Shown in pieces: positions 20,901 to 35,900 of a stretch of DNA of 64,000 bases. Each line of letters begins with the position of its first letter. Position 1 is the stretch's first letter. A program made the translations under genes and the position numbers. The notes under the pieces were generated by a model. The model had not been told where the DNA came from. It ran no database searches and saw only the letters and a program-made list of their open reading frames with translations. The DNA is taken from contig JAYZAY010000026.1 in NCBI GenBank assembly GCA_036339465.1, positions 1-64,000 of the forward strand, read 5' to 3'. Source of the stretch: Myxococcota bacterium. Its GTDB lineage: Bacteria > Myxococcota > XYA12-FULL-58-9 > JABJBS01.

Positions 20901-23900
20901 ACGGGCTCGTAGAGCTCAATGCTCAAAAGATTGGGTTCTTGCCACCGATTGTCCCCTGCACAATATTTTCTCGAATTTTGGCACACACCTTTTTGATTTT
21001 GGGCCAGAGGTTTGTCCAAATCTTCATCCACAACATCATCACAGTCGTTGTCGAGACCATCACAAGTTGTTTCATCGGCTTCATAAGCAACCACAGTCGC
21101 CAAATAGTCGGGATCCATCCAACCACTAACACCTCGGCAAACTTGGCGCTGCCCCAAACACTGCCCTGATTGTTTGGTCGCAAATGGAGTATCCACATAA
21201 CCTGCCTCTCCGGAAATCGGGCAATCGATCGTGGATACGGAATCGCCGGGGGGCCGGTCGTGAAAAGTCCCACTTCCTGCTAAACATTCATCGACCAAAC
21301 CATCGCAATCATTATCCACGCCATCGCAGAGGGTCTCGCGTATCTCATAGTTGTCAATTTCAAGGTAGTTGGGATCTTGCCACTGATTAATGCCCGCACA
21401 AATCTTGGTCGCCCTCGCCGCACATACACCCAAAGTCTTACTTCCAGCCGGAGCGTCTTCAGTGGATGCAAGGTTGTCGGCTGTGCCATCACAATCGTTG
21501 TCGAGGCCATCACATCGGGTTTCTGTGATTTCGAATACATTATCAGAAACCGTAATGAAATAATCCGGTTCTACCCAAGTATAGTTTCCGACCTCATCCA
21601 ATCCACAGTATTGACGCTGTCCTTCACAAACCCCGTCTTGCTTGGAAGACAATGGTCGATAGGGAGCAAGTTTAGGCGGATCATCCACCGTTCCATTACA
21701 ATCATTGTCCAAGCCATCACAAAGCGTCTCGGTTTCCTGGTAAACCAAATCGAACATATTGTAGACAGCTGGCGCATAGACAGGCTCATTCCATTGCCAA
21801 CCACTGCCCCCATCACTCCCACATTCTTTCCGAACTCCCTTACACACCCCCAACTGTTGGGTGGATAAAGGCAAGTCTGTGATATTGTCCACCACACCAT
21901 CACAGTCATTGTCTAAACCATCGCAGGAAACTTCAGCGAATTCATAATCGGCGATGGTAGCCAGGGTGGGCTCTTGATAAACACCATTGCGACACACCTT
22001 TTTCGAATTCAAACAAGTACCTTTTTGGTTCGTGCCTAAAACCAGTAAATACTCATCGATGTTGTCAATCACCCCATCACAATCATTGTCGACACCATCA
22101 CAAGAAATCTCCAACACCTCAAAGCTCACGGTGTGGTTCAAATAGGTGGGTTCGCGCCACATGGTGATACCGTCTCGGGTCTCACAAACCTTCTTAGCAC
22201 CATTACAGACCCCCTTCGAATTGTCTGCTTCAGGTCCAATCAGATCTTCATCCGTATCTCCATCACAATCATTGTCCAAGCCATCACACAAAGACTCATT
22301 GGGCTCATAATTAGGAAAGGCCGTGTAGTCGGGCTCCAACCAATTTCCGTTTTCACAAACCTGCTTCGCAGTGATACACACACCAGCAGCTCTGTCTCCT
22401 GCCGCCGCAGTCACCGCCACACTGGATTCATCAATCTCGCCGTCGCAGTCATTATCCTCACCATCGCATGTACGTTCTGACACTTCATAACCGGAAATAT
22501 TATCCACCGGGAGATCTTCCCATGTTCCGGCATTACAACTCTGCAATTGATTCTTGCACACCCCACTTCTCAAACCAGGCTCGGGTTTTTGCTGTACCAA
22601 CCCTTCGTCATACACCCCATCGCAATCATCATCTACCCCATCGCATTTGTCGCAGTCTGCGACCCCATCACATGACTTCGGTTCCAATTCAGGCAGCGCG
22701 TTTTTATGACTGTCACACAAAAGAGTCCGCTGATCCTCCCCACAAATAACGCGGCCGCCCCCACACAACCCAACCCCACACGACATACCCTTTGTTAGGC
22801 CACTGTCACCATTGGAGTCTGTAAAAGTCCCCACACAGTCTTCGGTCAGGCAAGTCTCGGTGCCAAATTCCGCCGCGGAGATATAGGGATCATCGACCAC
22901 CCCATTACAATCGTTATCGAGCTCATCACAAAGGGTTTCCGTTTCTTCATAATCGGGGAGCACTGTATAATCCGGCTCTTTCCAGGTACCCGATACATTG
23001 TCACAATACTTCCTCTGGTCATGACAGACCCCATATTGCATCGCCGCCAACGGACGTTGCTCACTGTTTAAGGCCAGGTTATCCACAATACCGTCACAAT
23101 CATTGTCGAGGCCGTCACAGGAAATTTCTATTTCTTCATAACCTGCCACCAAAGCGACGTAATTTGGTGTAATCCAAGTCTTAGAAACGGAATCACATAC
23201 TCTCTTTTGCCCCGCACAAACCCCTACCCCCAAGGCATCGGGCCTAGAATCCAAAGCAATCTCGTCGATATCCCCATCACAATCGTTGTCCAAGCCATCA
23301 CAGGAAACTTCCACCACTTCGTAGTTTGCCAAAGAAGCGAGATAATCAGGCTCAATCCAAGTCTTGGTGCCGTCGTCGTCTAGGCCACATACCCGCTTGG
23401 CACCTGCACAAACACCCACATTTTTAATGGCGTTGGGATAGAGCAGCTTGTCCTGACTCAAATTATCAATCAGCCCATCACAGTTGTTGTCCAAACCGTC
23501 ACAGAGAGTCTCTTGGGGCTCATAGGTTTGAATGGCCAGGGTATAGTCTGGCTCATTCCATTTCTTAAGTGCCGAATCGCATTCCATTTTCTGCCCAGAA
23601 CAGACCCCACTGGCCGCAGCATTGGGGCGATGCTCTACGAGAATATTGTCGATCATACCATCGCAGTCATTGTCCAAGCCATCACAGCTTGTCTCAGGCA
23701 TTTCGTAGCCGTCGACGGTGACGTTATAGGTTGGGTCAATCCAAGTCTTAATACCATCGCTGTCGGTACCGCAGATCTTTTTGGCACTGGCGCATACCCC
23801 CGTGGCTTTGGTGGCCATAGGGTGCTGCTCTACGCCCTGTGACAAGTTATCAATCACCCCATCACAGTTATTGTCGAGACCGTCACACAGGGTTTCAGAC

Positions 23901-26900
23901 GCCTGATAACTCGCAATGGCCAAGGCGTAATCAGGCTCTTCCCAAGCCTTCTCTTCCGAATTACACACCATTTTCTGCCCCCCACACACACCACTGGTCG
24001 CAGCATCGGGACGGCTCTCACTCAAGATATTATCCACCACCCCATCACAATCATTGTCCAAACCATCACAACTGGATTCAGACACTTCGTAATCCACCAC
24101 CGTCACCCCGTAATCAGGCTCCACCCAGGTCTTGACACCATCCAAGTTGGTGCCACAAACCTTCTTAACGTCGGCGCAAACCCCAACCACCATTTTCGCC
24201 GAAGGATAGAGCGTTGGAGCTTGCTGTAAATTGTCCACCACCCCATCACAATCGTTATCCAAACCATCGCAAAGGGTTTCGGATGCCTGATAGGTTGCGA
24301 TGGCCAAAGCATAGTTAGGCTCTTCCCAACGGGTCTCTTGGGTGTTGCAGTCCATTTTCTGCCCCACACACACACCACTGGTGACCGCATCCGGGCGGTT
24401 GACACTAACAATATTGTCCACCACGCCATCGCAATCATTGTCTAAGCCGTCACAACTCATTTCCGAAGCTTCGAAATTAACCACCGTCACGCTGTAATCG
24501 GGTTCCGACCAAACCTTCTCGCCATTTTCGTTGGCAGCACAAACTTTCTTGGCATCCATGCAGACACCAATTTTTTTGGTGGCCGATGGATAGAGAGAAG
24601 CAACCTGCGACAAATTATCCACCACCCCATCACAATCATTGTCCAAACCGTCACAAAGGGTTTCTGCGGCTTCATAGGTAGAAACTGCCGCGGCGTAATC
24701 GGGTTCTTCCCAAGCCTTTAAGCCACTATTGCATGACATTTTGCGACCAGCACATACGCCGCTGGTAATGGTCTCAGGGCGATTCTCATTGATAATATTA
24801 TCCACCACCCCATCACAGTCGTTGTCCAAACCATCGCAACTGGTCTCAGTGGCTTCGTAGTTGATAACTGTAAGTGCATAGTCAGGCTCGATCCAGGTCT
24901 TCAAACCATCCTCGCCGAAGCCACATACCTTTTTCAAACCGCTACAAACCCCAGAAGCTCGTATGGCCTGGGGATGTTCATCCGTGGGCTGTGATAGGTT
25001 GTCAACCAATCCATCACAATTGTTATCGAGACCATCACATTTGGTTTCCGCTGACTGGTAGCTCGCAATCGTCAAGGAATAATCCGGCTCTACCCAAGCT
25101 TTTTGCTCACTGTCGCAAACCATCTTCTGGCCCACACACACACCAGTGCTCACTGCATCCGGACGATCGGCCTTTAGGATATTATCGACTAAGCCATCAC
25201 AATCATTGTCCAAACCATCACAGAGGGTTTCAGTCCCCTGGTAGGTGGTGATGGCCACCGCATAGTTGGGCTCTTCCCAGGTTTTTTGGTTCAGATTACA
25301 GACCATTTTTTGCCCCACACACACGCCACCCACAGCAACCACCGGGCGATTGGCCTTGATTATGTTATCGACTCCCCCATCACAGTCATTATCCAAGCCA
25401 TCACAAACAGTTTCTGAAGATTCGAAATCCAAAATGACATCAGCATAGTCGGGTTCAACCCAAGTCTTATTACCCTCACCGTCCTCGCCACAAACCTTTC
25501 TTACCTCAGAGCAGACCCCCGCATTCTTAATGGCCTGGGGATAAGAGTCGGCATCCTGAGACAAATTATCAACCAACCCATCACAGTTGTTATCGAGACC
25601 ATCGCACAAGGTCTCATCCGTCTCGTAGCTGGGGATAGCCACGGCATAGTCTGGTTCTTCCCAAGTTTTTAGGGCACTGTTGCAGACCATTTTCTGGCCC
25701 ACACACACACCACCCACAGACACATCCGGGCGGTTGCCCCTAAGGATATTGTCTGCCGTTCCATCACAGTCATTGTCCAAACCATCGCAGATCGTCTCTA
25801 TGGGTTCGTAATTTGGGACAGCATCTTCGTAGTTGGGATCGAGCCAGACCTTCAAACCAGTGTCGCCCGTGCCACATACTCTTTTAACACCAGCACAGAC
25901 CCCAACTTTTTTTGTGGCCAGAGGATAGGTATCCACCGTCTGGGATAAATTATCCACCACGCCATCGCAGTTGTTGTCTAAACCGTCACAAAGGGTTTCT
26001 GATGCCTCATAGGAACCAATACTCAAACTATAGTCGGGTTCTTCCCAAGATTTGCTATCACTATCGCAAACCATTCTCTGCCCCGCACACACGCCTCCAG
26101 CAGAAACCACCGGTCGATTGGCCTTAAGGATGGTATCAACTGCACCATCGCAGTCATTGTCCAAACCGTCACAGATGGTTTCGACCTCTTCGTAGCCAAC
26201 AACCACATCACCATAAACAGGGTCAAGCCAAGCCTTCAAACCATTGTCGCCCGTGCCACAGATTTTCTTCACGTCGGCACAAACCCCGACCCTTTTTGTG
26301 GCCTGGGGATACCCATCCACAGCCTGAGACAAATTGTCTACCACACCATCGCAGTTGTTGTCTAAACCGTCACAAAGGGTTTCTGATGCCTCATAGGAAC
26401 CAATACTCAAACTATAGTCGGGTTCTTCCCAAGATTTGCTATCACTATCGCAAACCATTCTCTGCCCCACACACACGCCTCCGGCAGACACCACCGGACG
26501 ATTGTTATTCGCAATGTTGTCGACAATACCGTCGCAATCATTGTCCAAGCCATCACAGAGGGTTTCGACCTCTTCATAATTCAAGACAACATCACCATAA
26601 ACGGGGTCAAGCCAAGCCTTCAAACCATTGTCGTCGGTGCCACATAGCCTCTTAACACCCGCACAAACCCCTACCTTTTTCGTGGCCGCAGGATAAGCGT
26701 CCTGGTCCTGGGATAAATTATCCACCACCCCATCGCAGTTGTTATCGAGCCCGTCGCAAAGCGTTTCGGCCGCCTCATAGGTGCCAATTGCCAAACTATA
26801 GTCGGGCTCCTCCCAAGCCTTGGTCACGCTATTGCAGGCCATCTTCTGACCGGTGCAAACACCACCGGCGGTCACATCGGGTCGATCGGCTTTAATAATA

Positions 26901-29900
26901 TCATCCACGGTGCCGTCGCAATCATTGTCCAAACCATCACAGAGGGTTTCTTCCTCTTGGTAACCTACAACAACATCACCATAGACCGGATCAAGCCAGT
27001 CCTTCTCTCCACTCTCGTCGGTGCCACACACTCTCCTAACAGTGGCACAAACCCCAACCCTTTTTGTGGCCTGGGGATAAGCATCTCCAGCTTGGGACAA
27101 ATTGTCCACCACCCCATCACAGTTGTTATCCAAACCATCACAGAGGGTTTCTGACTCTTCGTAAGTTGAAATCGACAAACTATAGTCAGGCTCTTCCCAG
27201 GCTTTACTAGCACTGTTGCAAACCATTCTCTGACCCACACAAACACCACCAGCGGTGACGAGGGGACGGTTTGCCTGAATCATGTTGTCGGCCACACCAT
27301 CGCAGTCATTGTCTAAACCATCACAGATACTTTCGACCTCTTCGTAATTTGAGATGACATCCCCATAAACCGGATCAAGCCAGACCTTGGTTCCATTCTC
27401 GGCCTCCCCACAAATTCTCTTAACATCGGCACAAACTCCCACCTTTTTGGTGGCCGCAGGATAAGCCCCCGCTTCCTGGGATAAATTGTCCACCACCCCA
27501 TCGCAGTTGTTGTCCAAGCCATCGCAGAGGGTTTCAGCCGCTTCATAGGAGGGAATGGCCAAGCTATAATCCGGCTCTTCCCAAGCTTTGTTCTCACTGT
27601 TGCAAACCATTTTCTGACCCACACACACCCCACCCCCAACAACATCCGGACGATTGGCCTTGATGATATTGTCAACGAGTCCATCGCAGTCATTGTCTAA
27701 ACCATCACAAATGCTTTCGACCACTTCATAATTGACCACCGCATCACCATAGTCGGGATCAAGCCAGGCCTTCTTACCAGTCTCATCCGTCCCGCAAATT
27801 CTCTTAACGACCGAACAAACACCGACCTTTTTCGTGGCCGCGGGATAGGCATCAGCTGCCTGAGATAAGTTGTCCACGAGCCCATCACAATTGTTGTCCA
27901 AGCCATCACAAAGGGTTTCTGATGCCTCATAGGTGAGAATCGCCAAACCATAGTCCGGTTCTTCCCATGCTTTTGCCACTGAATTGCAGACCATTTTCTG
28001 ACCCACACAAACACCACCCGCGCTTACCTCCGGGCGATTCGCCTTGGCGATATTGTCAACCAGACCATCACAATTATTGTCTAAGCCGTCGCAGATTGTT
28101 TCTTCTATTTCGTAATTTAGGACAACATCGCCATAATCGGGGTCAACCCATGTTTTCGTACCGTTTTCATCCGTGCTGCACACTCTCTTAACATCAGCAC
28201 AAACGCCCACCTTTTTCGTGCCTTGGGGATAATCATCGGTGGACTGGGATAAATTGTCCACCACTCCATCACAGTTGTTATCCAACCCGTCACAAAGAGT
28301 CTCAGAGGCCTCATAGGTGGCAATCGCCAAAGCGTAGTCAGGTTCTTCCCACGTTTTAAGGAGACTATTGCAAATCATTTTCTTGCCCACACAAACACCA
28401 CCACTGGCAACGGTGGGGCGGTTATCCTTCCCAATATCGTCCACAATACCATTGCAGTCATTATCCAAACCATCACAGATGGTTTCCGCTACTTCGTAAT
28501 TAAAAACGGAATCACCATAGTCTGGGTCAATCCAGGTTTTTGAACCATGGACATCCGTGCCACAAACCTTCCTTACATCCGCACAAACACCCACCTTCTT
28601 TGTTGCCTGGGGATATGAGTCCGGAGTCTGAGACAAGTTGTCCACCACCCCGTCACAGTTGTTGTCCAAGCCGTCACAAAGAGTTTCCGAATCCTCATAG
28701 TCCCCAATCAAAACACTATAATCAGGTTCCACCCAGGCCGTTAGGCCGCTGTTGCAAACCATTTTCTGGCCCACACACACACCACTGCTCGATACCTGTG
28801 GGCGATTTTGTAAAGCGATATTGTCGACCACCCCATCGCAATCATTATCCAAACCATCACAGCTCAGATCCGATTCCTCATAGGTTGCCACTTCCAAAGC
28901 ATAGTCCGGCTCAATCCAGGTTTTATCCCCATTCTCATTGGTTCCACATAACTTTCTTATATCGCCACAAACACCAGACGTCTTACTTGCCAGAGGATAT
29001 TGATTCGGCAACTGCAATAGATTATCAACAACACCATCACAATCATTATCCATACCATCGCAATAGGTTTCCGACACTTCGTAATTAGCGACAGACTCAG
29101 AGTAATCCGGATCCACCCAGGTTTTAATACCATTCTCATCTGTAGCGCATATTTTTCTCACATTGGCACAGAGGCCAGAAATTTTTGTTGCGAGTGGGTA
29201 GAGTTCTTTGGACTGAGATAAATTATCGACCACACCATCACAATTATTGTCTAAGCCGTCACAGAGGGTTTCTGATGATTCATAAGAAGAAATAATCAAG
29301 CCATAGTTGGGTTCTTCCCAGGTTTTCAGAGCCGTATTACAAACCATTTTCTGGCCCACACACACTCCACTCGCCGCCACGTCGGGACGATTCTGCGTCA
29401 TAATATTGTCGATAACGCCGTCACAATCATTGTCCAAACCATCACAGCTTAATTCCGGTGACTCAAAATTAATCACTGTCACCCCGTAGTCCGGATTGAC
29501 CCAAGTCTTTTTGCCATTCTCGTCGGTGCCGCAAACTTTCTTTGCATCCGCACAAACACCAACGTTTTTAGTAGCCGCTGGGTAGAGCTCCACCGCTTGA
29601 GAGAGATTGTCCACCACCCCATCACAGTCGTTATCCAAATCATCACAAAGGGTTTCTGAAACCTGGTAACTCGCAACAGATATGGAATAGTCCGGTTCAA
29701 TCCATTTGGTTTCCGCGCTATTACAAACCAATTTCTGCCCCGCACATACACCACTGTTGGCTGCAAGGGGACGATTGGCTGCAATAATGTTATCGATCGC
29801 ACCGTCGCAATCATTGTCCAAACCATCACAGCTCATCTCTGATTCCTCGAATTTTTCGACGAACGTCCCAAAGTCTGGATCAACCCAAGTTTTAACACCA

Positions 29901-32900
29901 GCATCGTTGGTACCACATACCTTCTTTGCCCCCACGCACACACCGACACTCTTGGTCGCCACAGGATAGAGGTCCACAACTTGGGATAAATTGTCGATCA
30001 TTCCATCGCAATTGTTGTCCAAACCGTCACAAAGGGTTTCTGATGCTTCATAGGTAGCAATGGCCAAAGCATAGTTTGGTTCTTCCCAACGGGTTTCGCC
30101 GCTATTACAAACCATTTTCTGGCCGGTACAAACCCCGCTATTTGCCGCATCGGGACGGTTCTGCGAAACGATATTGTCCACCACGCCATCGCAATCATTG
30201 TCTAAACCATCACAACTCATCTCCGATGCTTCAAAGTTTGCGACATTCGTACCATAGTCCGGTTCAATCCAGGCCTTGTTACCACTGGCATTGGTCCCAC
30301 AAGCTTTTTTCGTCCCCACACAAACACCGATATTTTTCGCTGCCGTTGGATATAGATCGGCGACTTGGGAAAGATTATCGATCATCCCATCGCAATTGTT
30401 ATCCAAACCATCACAAAGAGTTTCCGCCGCCTGATAGCTCACGACAGTCAATGCGTAGTTGGGTTCTTCCCAAACTTTGCCGGCCGTATTACAAACCATT
30501 TTCTGGCCATTACAAACACCACTGGTGGCAGCGTCAGGCCGGTTGTCATGAACAATATTGTCCACCACCCCATCACAGTCGTTGTCCAAACCATCGCAAC
30601 TTTTTTCCTCCAGCTCGAAATTTACAACCGTCACGCCATAGTCGGGGTCGATCCAAGCCTTGGTACCACTGTCTAAACCACAGATTTTTTTAACGCCCGC
30701 GCAAACACCACTGGACTTGGTTGCTGCTGGATAAAGGCCAACGTCTTGCGACAGATTATCGATAACCCCATCGCAGTTGTTATCTAGCCCATCGCACAGG
30801 GTCTCGGCGGCCTGATAGGAGGTGATTGCTAGGGCATAATTGGGTTCATCCCAACGGGATTCATCACTATTACACTCCATTTTCTGCCCCGCACATACCC
30901 CACTTGTAACCGCACTGGGACGATTCCCTGTGATGATATTGTCCACCACCCCATCACAATCATTGTCTAAATTATCACAGCTTTTTTCTGACGATTCGTA
31001 ATTTGGGACGGTTACGCCATAATCAGGATCGATCCAATTTTTGTCGCCATGCTCGTCGGTGCCACAAATTTTTCGAACACCGGCACAAACACCGATATTG
31101 CGCGTTGCCAAAGGATGTTGATCCACAGTTTGGGATAAATTGTCGACCACCCCATCGCAGTTGTTATCCAATCCATCACAGAGGGTCTCAGCGGCCTGAT
31201 AGGTTGGTATCGCCAATGAATAATTGGGTTCGTCCCAACGAGAAGCGCCGCTATTGCATTCCATTTTTTGTCCCACACACACACCACTGGTGACAGCATC
31301 GGGACGGTTTCCAGTGATAATATTATCGACGACCCCATCACAATCGTTGTCCACATTGTCACAGCTCTTCTCCGACGCTTCATAAGTCTGAACCGTGACG
31401 CCATAGTCTGGGTCCACCCAATCCTTCTGACCCAATGCGTTGGTTCCACAAATTTTTCGAACATCAGCACAGACCCCAATATTTTTGGTGGCTAGGGGAT
31501 GCTCGCTTGTGGGTTGGGATAAGTTATCCACCACCCCATCACAGTTATTGTCCAAACCATCACAGAGAGTTTCAGATGCCTGATAGGTGGCAATAGACAA
31601 AGGATAGTCCGGTTCCTCCCAAGCCTTAAGGGCTGTATTACAAATCATTTTCTGGCCCACACACACACCACTGGTCGCTGCGTCCGGGCGATTGACCTTG
31701 ACAATATTATCTACGATACCATCACAATCATTATCCAACTCATCACAGCTAACCTCAGGCGATTCGTAATTTGGCACCGTAACCACATAATCCGGTTCAA
31801 CCCAAGCCTTGTCTCCATTTGGAAGGGACCCACAATCCTTCTTCACATTGAGACAAACCCCCACCTTTTTGTCGGCATCTGGAAAGGTTGTACTGTCTTG
31901 GGTTAGATTGTCGACGAGGCCATCACAATCATTATCCAAGCCATCACAGAGCGTTTCTTCGACCTCATAGGTTGGTATATCCGTGTAATTTGGGTTGACC
32001 CACACTGCTCCACCCTCAGCATCAACACATGATTTACGCAAAACAGAACACACCCCTGCGCTCTTGTCTGCATGGGGTCTAAACCCTTCGGCAATCACAT
32101 CCACACTGCCATCACAATCATTGTCTAGGTTGTCACAGGTCTCTTCTTGATGTTCGTAACCACCGGTGTGTTTCGCGGTTCCTATCCAAGCCGGATCACG
32201 CCACTGTCCATTGGCACATTCCTGTCGATAACTGTTGGTTAGACATACCCCGAAAGGCGTCGACACTAAGGGTCTGTCCGCTTCTGCAATTTCATCGATT
32301 AACCCGTTACAGTCGTTATCCAAACCATCGCACGTCTTTTCAATCGCTTCATAACCCACCACCTCCGAATCGACCCAATCGAAGGTAATATTCCCAAAGC
32401 CATCATCGCTTGACCGGCAAAGCTGCTTTTCATTGGCACAAACCCCACTGTTTCCCAAGGTCACTTGGGGCTTGGACACATTGGCAATATCGTCGACGGC
32501 ACCGTTGCAGTCATTGTCTTTACCGTCACAAGTAATTTCTTCCAACTCGTAATTTTCCGTATTGGTAAAAGTTGGGTCCTGCCACCCGAGTGCACTCCGA
32601 CACAATTTCTTTAGGCCAGTGCAAACGCCCACTGATTTGGAAGAGGACGGCCTCTCAAAATATTGAGCGGTACCTGGCGCTGGACACGCACTCCCATCTC
32701 CTTCGGTGGTAACATCCTCCACCAAACATTCATCGGTTTTACCGTCACAGTCGTTGTCTAAGCCATCGCAACCTTGCTCCTTATCCTCATATTGCAACAC
32801 CGAAGAAAAGGGCAGCTGCACCCAAGCACCACCGTCACATGTGTTTTGGACGGTTAAACAAACACCATTTCTCATTTCCGCCGGAATCGCCGCCTTTTCA

Positions 32901-35900
32901 TCATCCGTAAGAGGTTCGTAGAGACCATCACTTACAGCACCATCACAATCATCATCCACAGAATCGCAAATATCACAATCGTCCACGCCATCGCAGCTCT
33001 TCGGGATTTTCTCACTCCGGATAAGGCCGTGAGAGTCACACTCCAAACTAATTTTATTGGCTGCACAAACGACCGACCCTCCAGCACATAATCCGGACCC
33101 ACAACCCATCTCTTTGTACAAATCCGTGGTGCCGTTAAGAGCATCGGTCATAGGAGCGCCGGAAGGAAACACGAAGGGGTCATCAACAACACCATCGCAG
33201 TCATTGTCTAAACCATCACAAGAAACCTCGATCTCTTCATAATCGACGCCATAGTTGGTGGGGTCTTTCCATCCATTGCTTCCGTCACAAGTTTGTCGCA
33301 CGGTGGCACATACACCGTCCTGCATGGCTGCAAAAGGTGTGCTGGCTTCAGGGATCTGATTATCCACCAAACCATCGCAATTATCGTCGATGCCATTACA
33401 GGATTCATTCAATGAATAGGCAGGGATGGAGCTATATACATTTTCCCAATTGTAGACGCCTCCTCCTAGGTTTACACAAGATTTGCGTTGGCCTAAACAC
33501 GCACCCGTATTATTGGTAACAAAGGGCCTATTGCTCGTGGCAATATTGTCCACATCACCATCACAATCATTATCGAGACCGTCACAAAGTGTTTCTTGTG
33601 CTTGATAGTTTTCTACCAGCGCCGTGCTAGGGTCAATCCAGCCAAACGCCCCTTGGCAAATTTGCTTTTGTTCCGAGCATACGCCCTGGGATTTCGTCGC
33701 CGGAAAAGGTTTACGTATTTCAGAGCAGGCAACCAAAGCACCTTCAACACTGTAGTCCTTTTCCTCTCCGGATTCATTTAAGCACTCATCAACCAAACCA
33801 TCACAGTCATTGTCTAGACCGTCACAAATCTCATCGATATTATATCCGGCAACCAATGTGTAATTCGGTTCAACCAAGGCACCGTTATCGCAAACTTTTT
33901 TCTGATTGGCGCATACCCCATCCTGCTTATCGGCATCGACGATAACAATGTCTGGGTCATCGGTGTCGGTCAATCCATCACAATCGTCATCGAGGCTGTT
34001 ACAAATTTCAGCCGTAGCCGCAATATCGTTAATACATACTGGTTCACCACTCTGACAATCATAATTTCCACGAGCGCAACTGTCTAGGTCAGCGCCGGAA
34101 TCACAGGCGGTCGAAAACTCAGGGGTCAGGGCCAAATCGTCCATCTCGTCGACATCGCCGTCGCAGTCTTCGTCAAGGGTGTCACAAAGGAGCTCTTTAC
34201 CAGGCACAAATTTTGGATGATTCGGAGAGCCCCTTAGGAGCGATTCGTCGCATTGAAGGAGTTCTCCATTGACGCAATATTTATACACGCCTTTACAAAC
34301 TCCCGAATCTTCTCCGGTGACCTCCAACGAACAAAGCCCGTAGCTCTTGGCGTCTTTCGTAAACTCATACGCAAGTCCCAAGGTGGGATTGTCATCGAGC
34401 GGGTCTTCATCAATAATGCCATTGCAATTGTCATCTAGGTTGTTACATTCCTCCGGGTTGGCGCCATACAAAGCAAGTTTTTCTTCCGCCACCGATAGGG
34501 CATTACAAACAGACTTTGTCTTATCACTGTGGCAAACCGTAATACCCGTCGCCACACACGGTGAATTAGGATACACCGAGCAAACCTGGTTCAAATCAAA
34601 AATAACCTCTTCTCGGGTCGATACGTTGCAATCATTATCTATCCCGTCACAGAGCTCTTCGAAATTTTCGTTCTCATCGCAGTATTTCCCCAGCTGCTCG
34701 GTACATGCCCAAATGCCATTCTCGCAGTGGTCGGAATCCTCGGAATCACATCTTGTTCCCAATTCAGGATAGTGCTCATCGGTTAAGCCATCACAATCAT
34801 TATCTTTACCATCGCAGGGCATGTCGCCAATTTCATCGACTGCATAAGAGATCCCCCCCAGTAAGGTATAGTCGGGATTGGCCCATCCATTAACCCCATC
34901 GCAAACCTTGTACACACCGTTGCACTCACCTTGTTGCTTATCCGCTAAGGGTCTGTTTTGTGCCACATTGAGTCCGTTATCCTTCGCACCATCACAGTTG
35001 TCGTCCTTTCCATTGCAAACCTCAGGCGCACCTGGATAGATGGTAAGATCACTGTCGTCACAATCGGTTCGGCAATCAAAAGTATCATTATCAAAATCGG
35101 TTGGATTCTGTGGGTCACACACCCCAGGCCCAGAAGCAGCAGCCGCGTTATTGGCGGGTTGTGCAGAAGCAGTTTCCTTGCTTTGTGGTTGGTGTGTCCC
35201 TGCGTGGGTTAACAAGACCCCCACAGGATCAACATGGGTTTGAATCGCCCCCAAACCCGAGGTGTATTCCGAAAACTTCTTTTTCCACTCTATGCCAAAG
35301 CTTTGAACTCGAGTGGCTACCTCGTGGTCGTATGCATCCGAAAAGCGCCCATCTGAAATTAAGACAAATCCAATTTTAATGGTTCGGTTGGCAATAGAAC
35401 CTGCCCTAGGCAATCGTTCACCCAACTGCGCCACAAAATCCCCGAGTTCTATTTCTTCAAACCTATCATCTGAAATGCTAATTTCAGTGGCCAAACTCAT
35501 ATGGCACTGATTCAATTCTCGCTGTTCATCGGCGCTCAACTCGGCGAAACCCGCATCTGAGAGATATTGAATCGGCCCAATCTCAAAGCTCTCCTTCAGC
35601 CCCATAGCGTAAAGGTCTAAGTCGCTATAATGCCATTCACCCCAGAGTTCCTCACTCGAGACCCTCTCTTGCTGCCCATAGGTTAGCACCCAATTTCGTC
35701 CACCCATGAGCGAACCACCCGAGTGAAGTCGGCCACTCCAGCCCGCAGACGAACGACAAAGCAAACTCTGAGAATCGTTGGGATCGGTGGTGAAGCTTCC
35801 CAACCAGCGCTCTCCCAATAACCGGCCCATTAGGGGGTATATATCGGGATTTTCGTGGAGCTTGAGATCAAAGGTTTCCCATGCCTCCACGTCAAACAGA

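Noticed and set aside
23150..31960. Regular DNA repeats as a possible CRISPR array
   Set aside because: The repeats are in-frame coding units with synonymous variation and no unique spacers; no cas genes are present.
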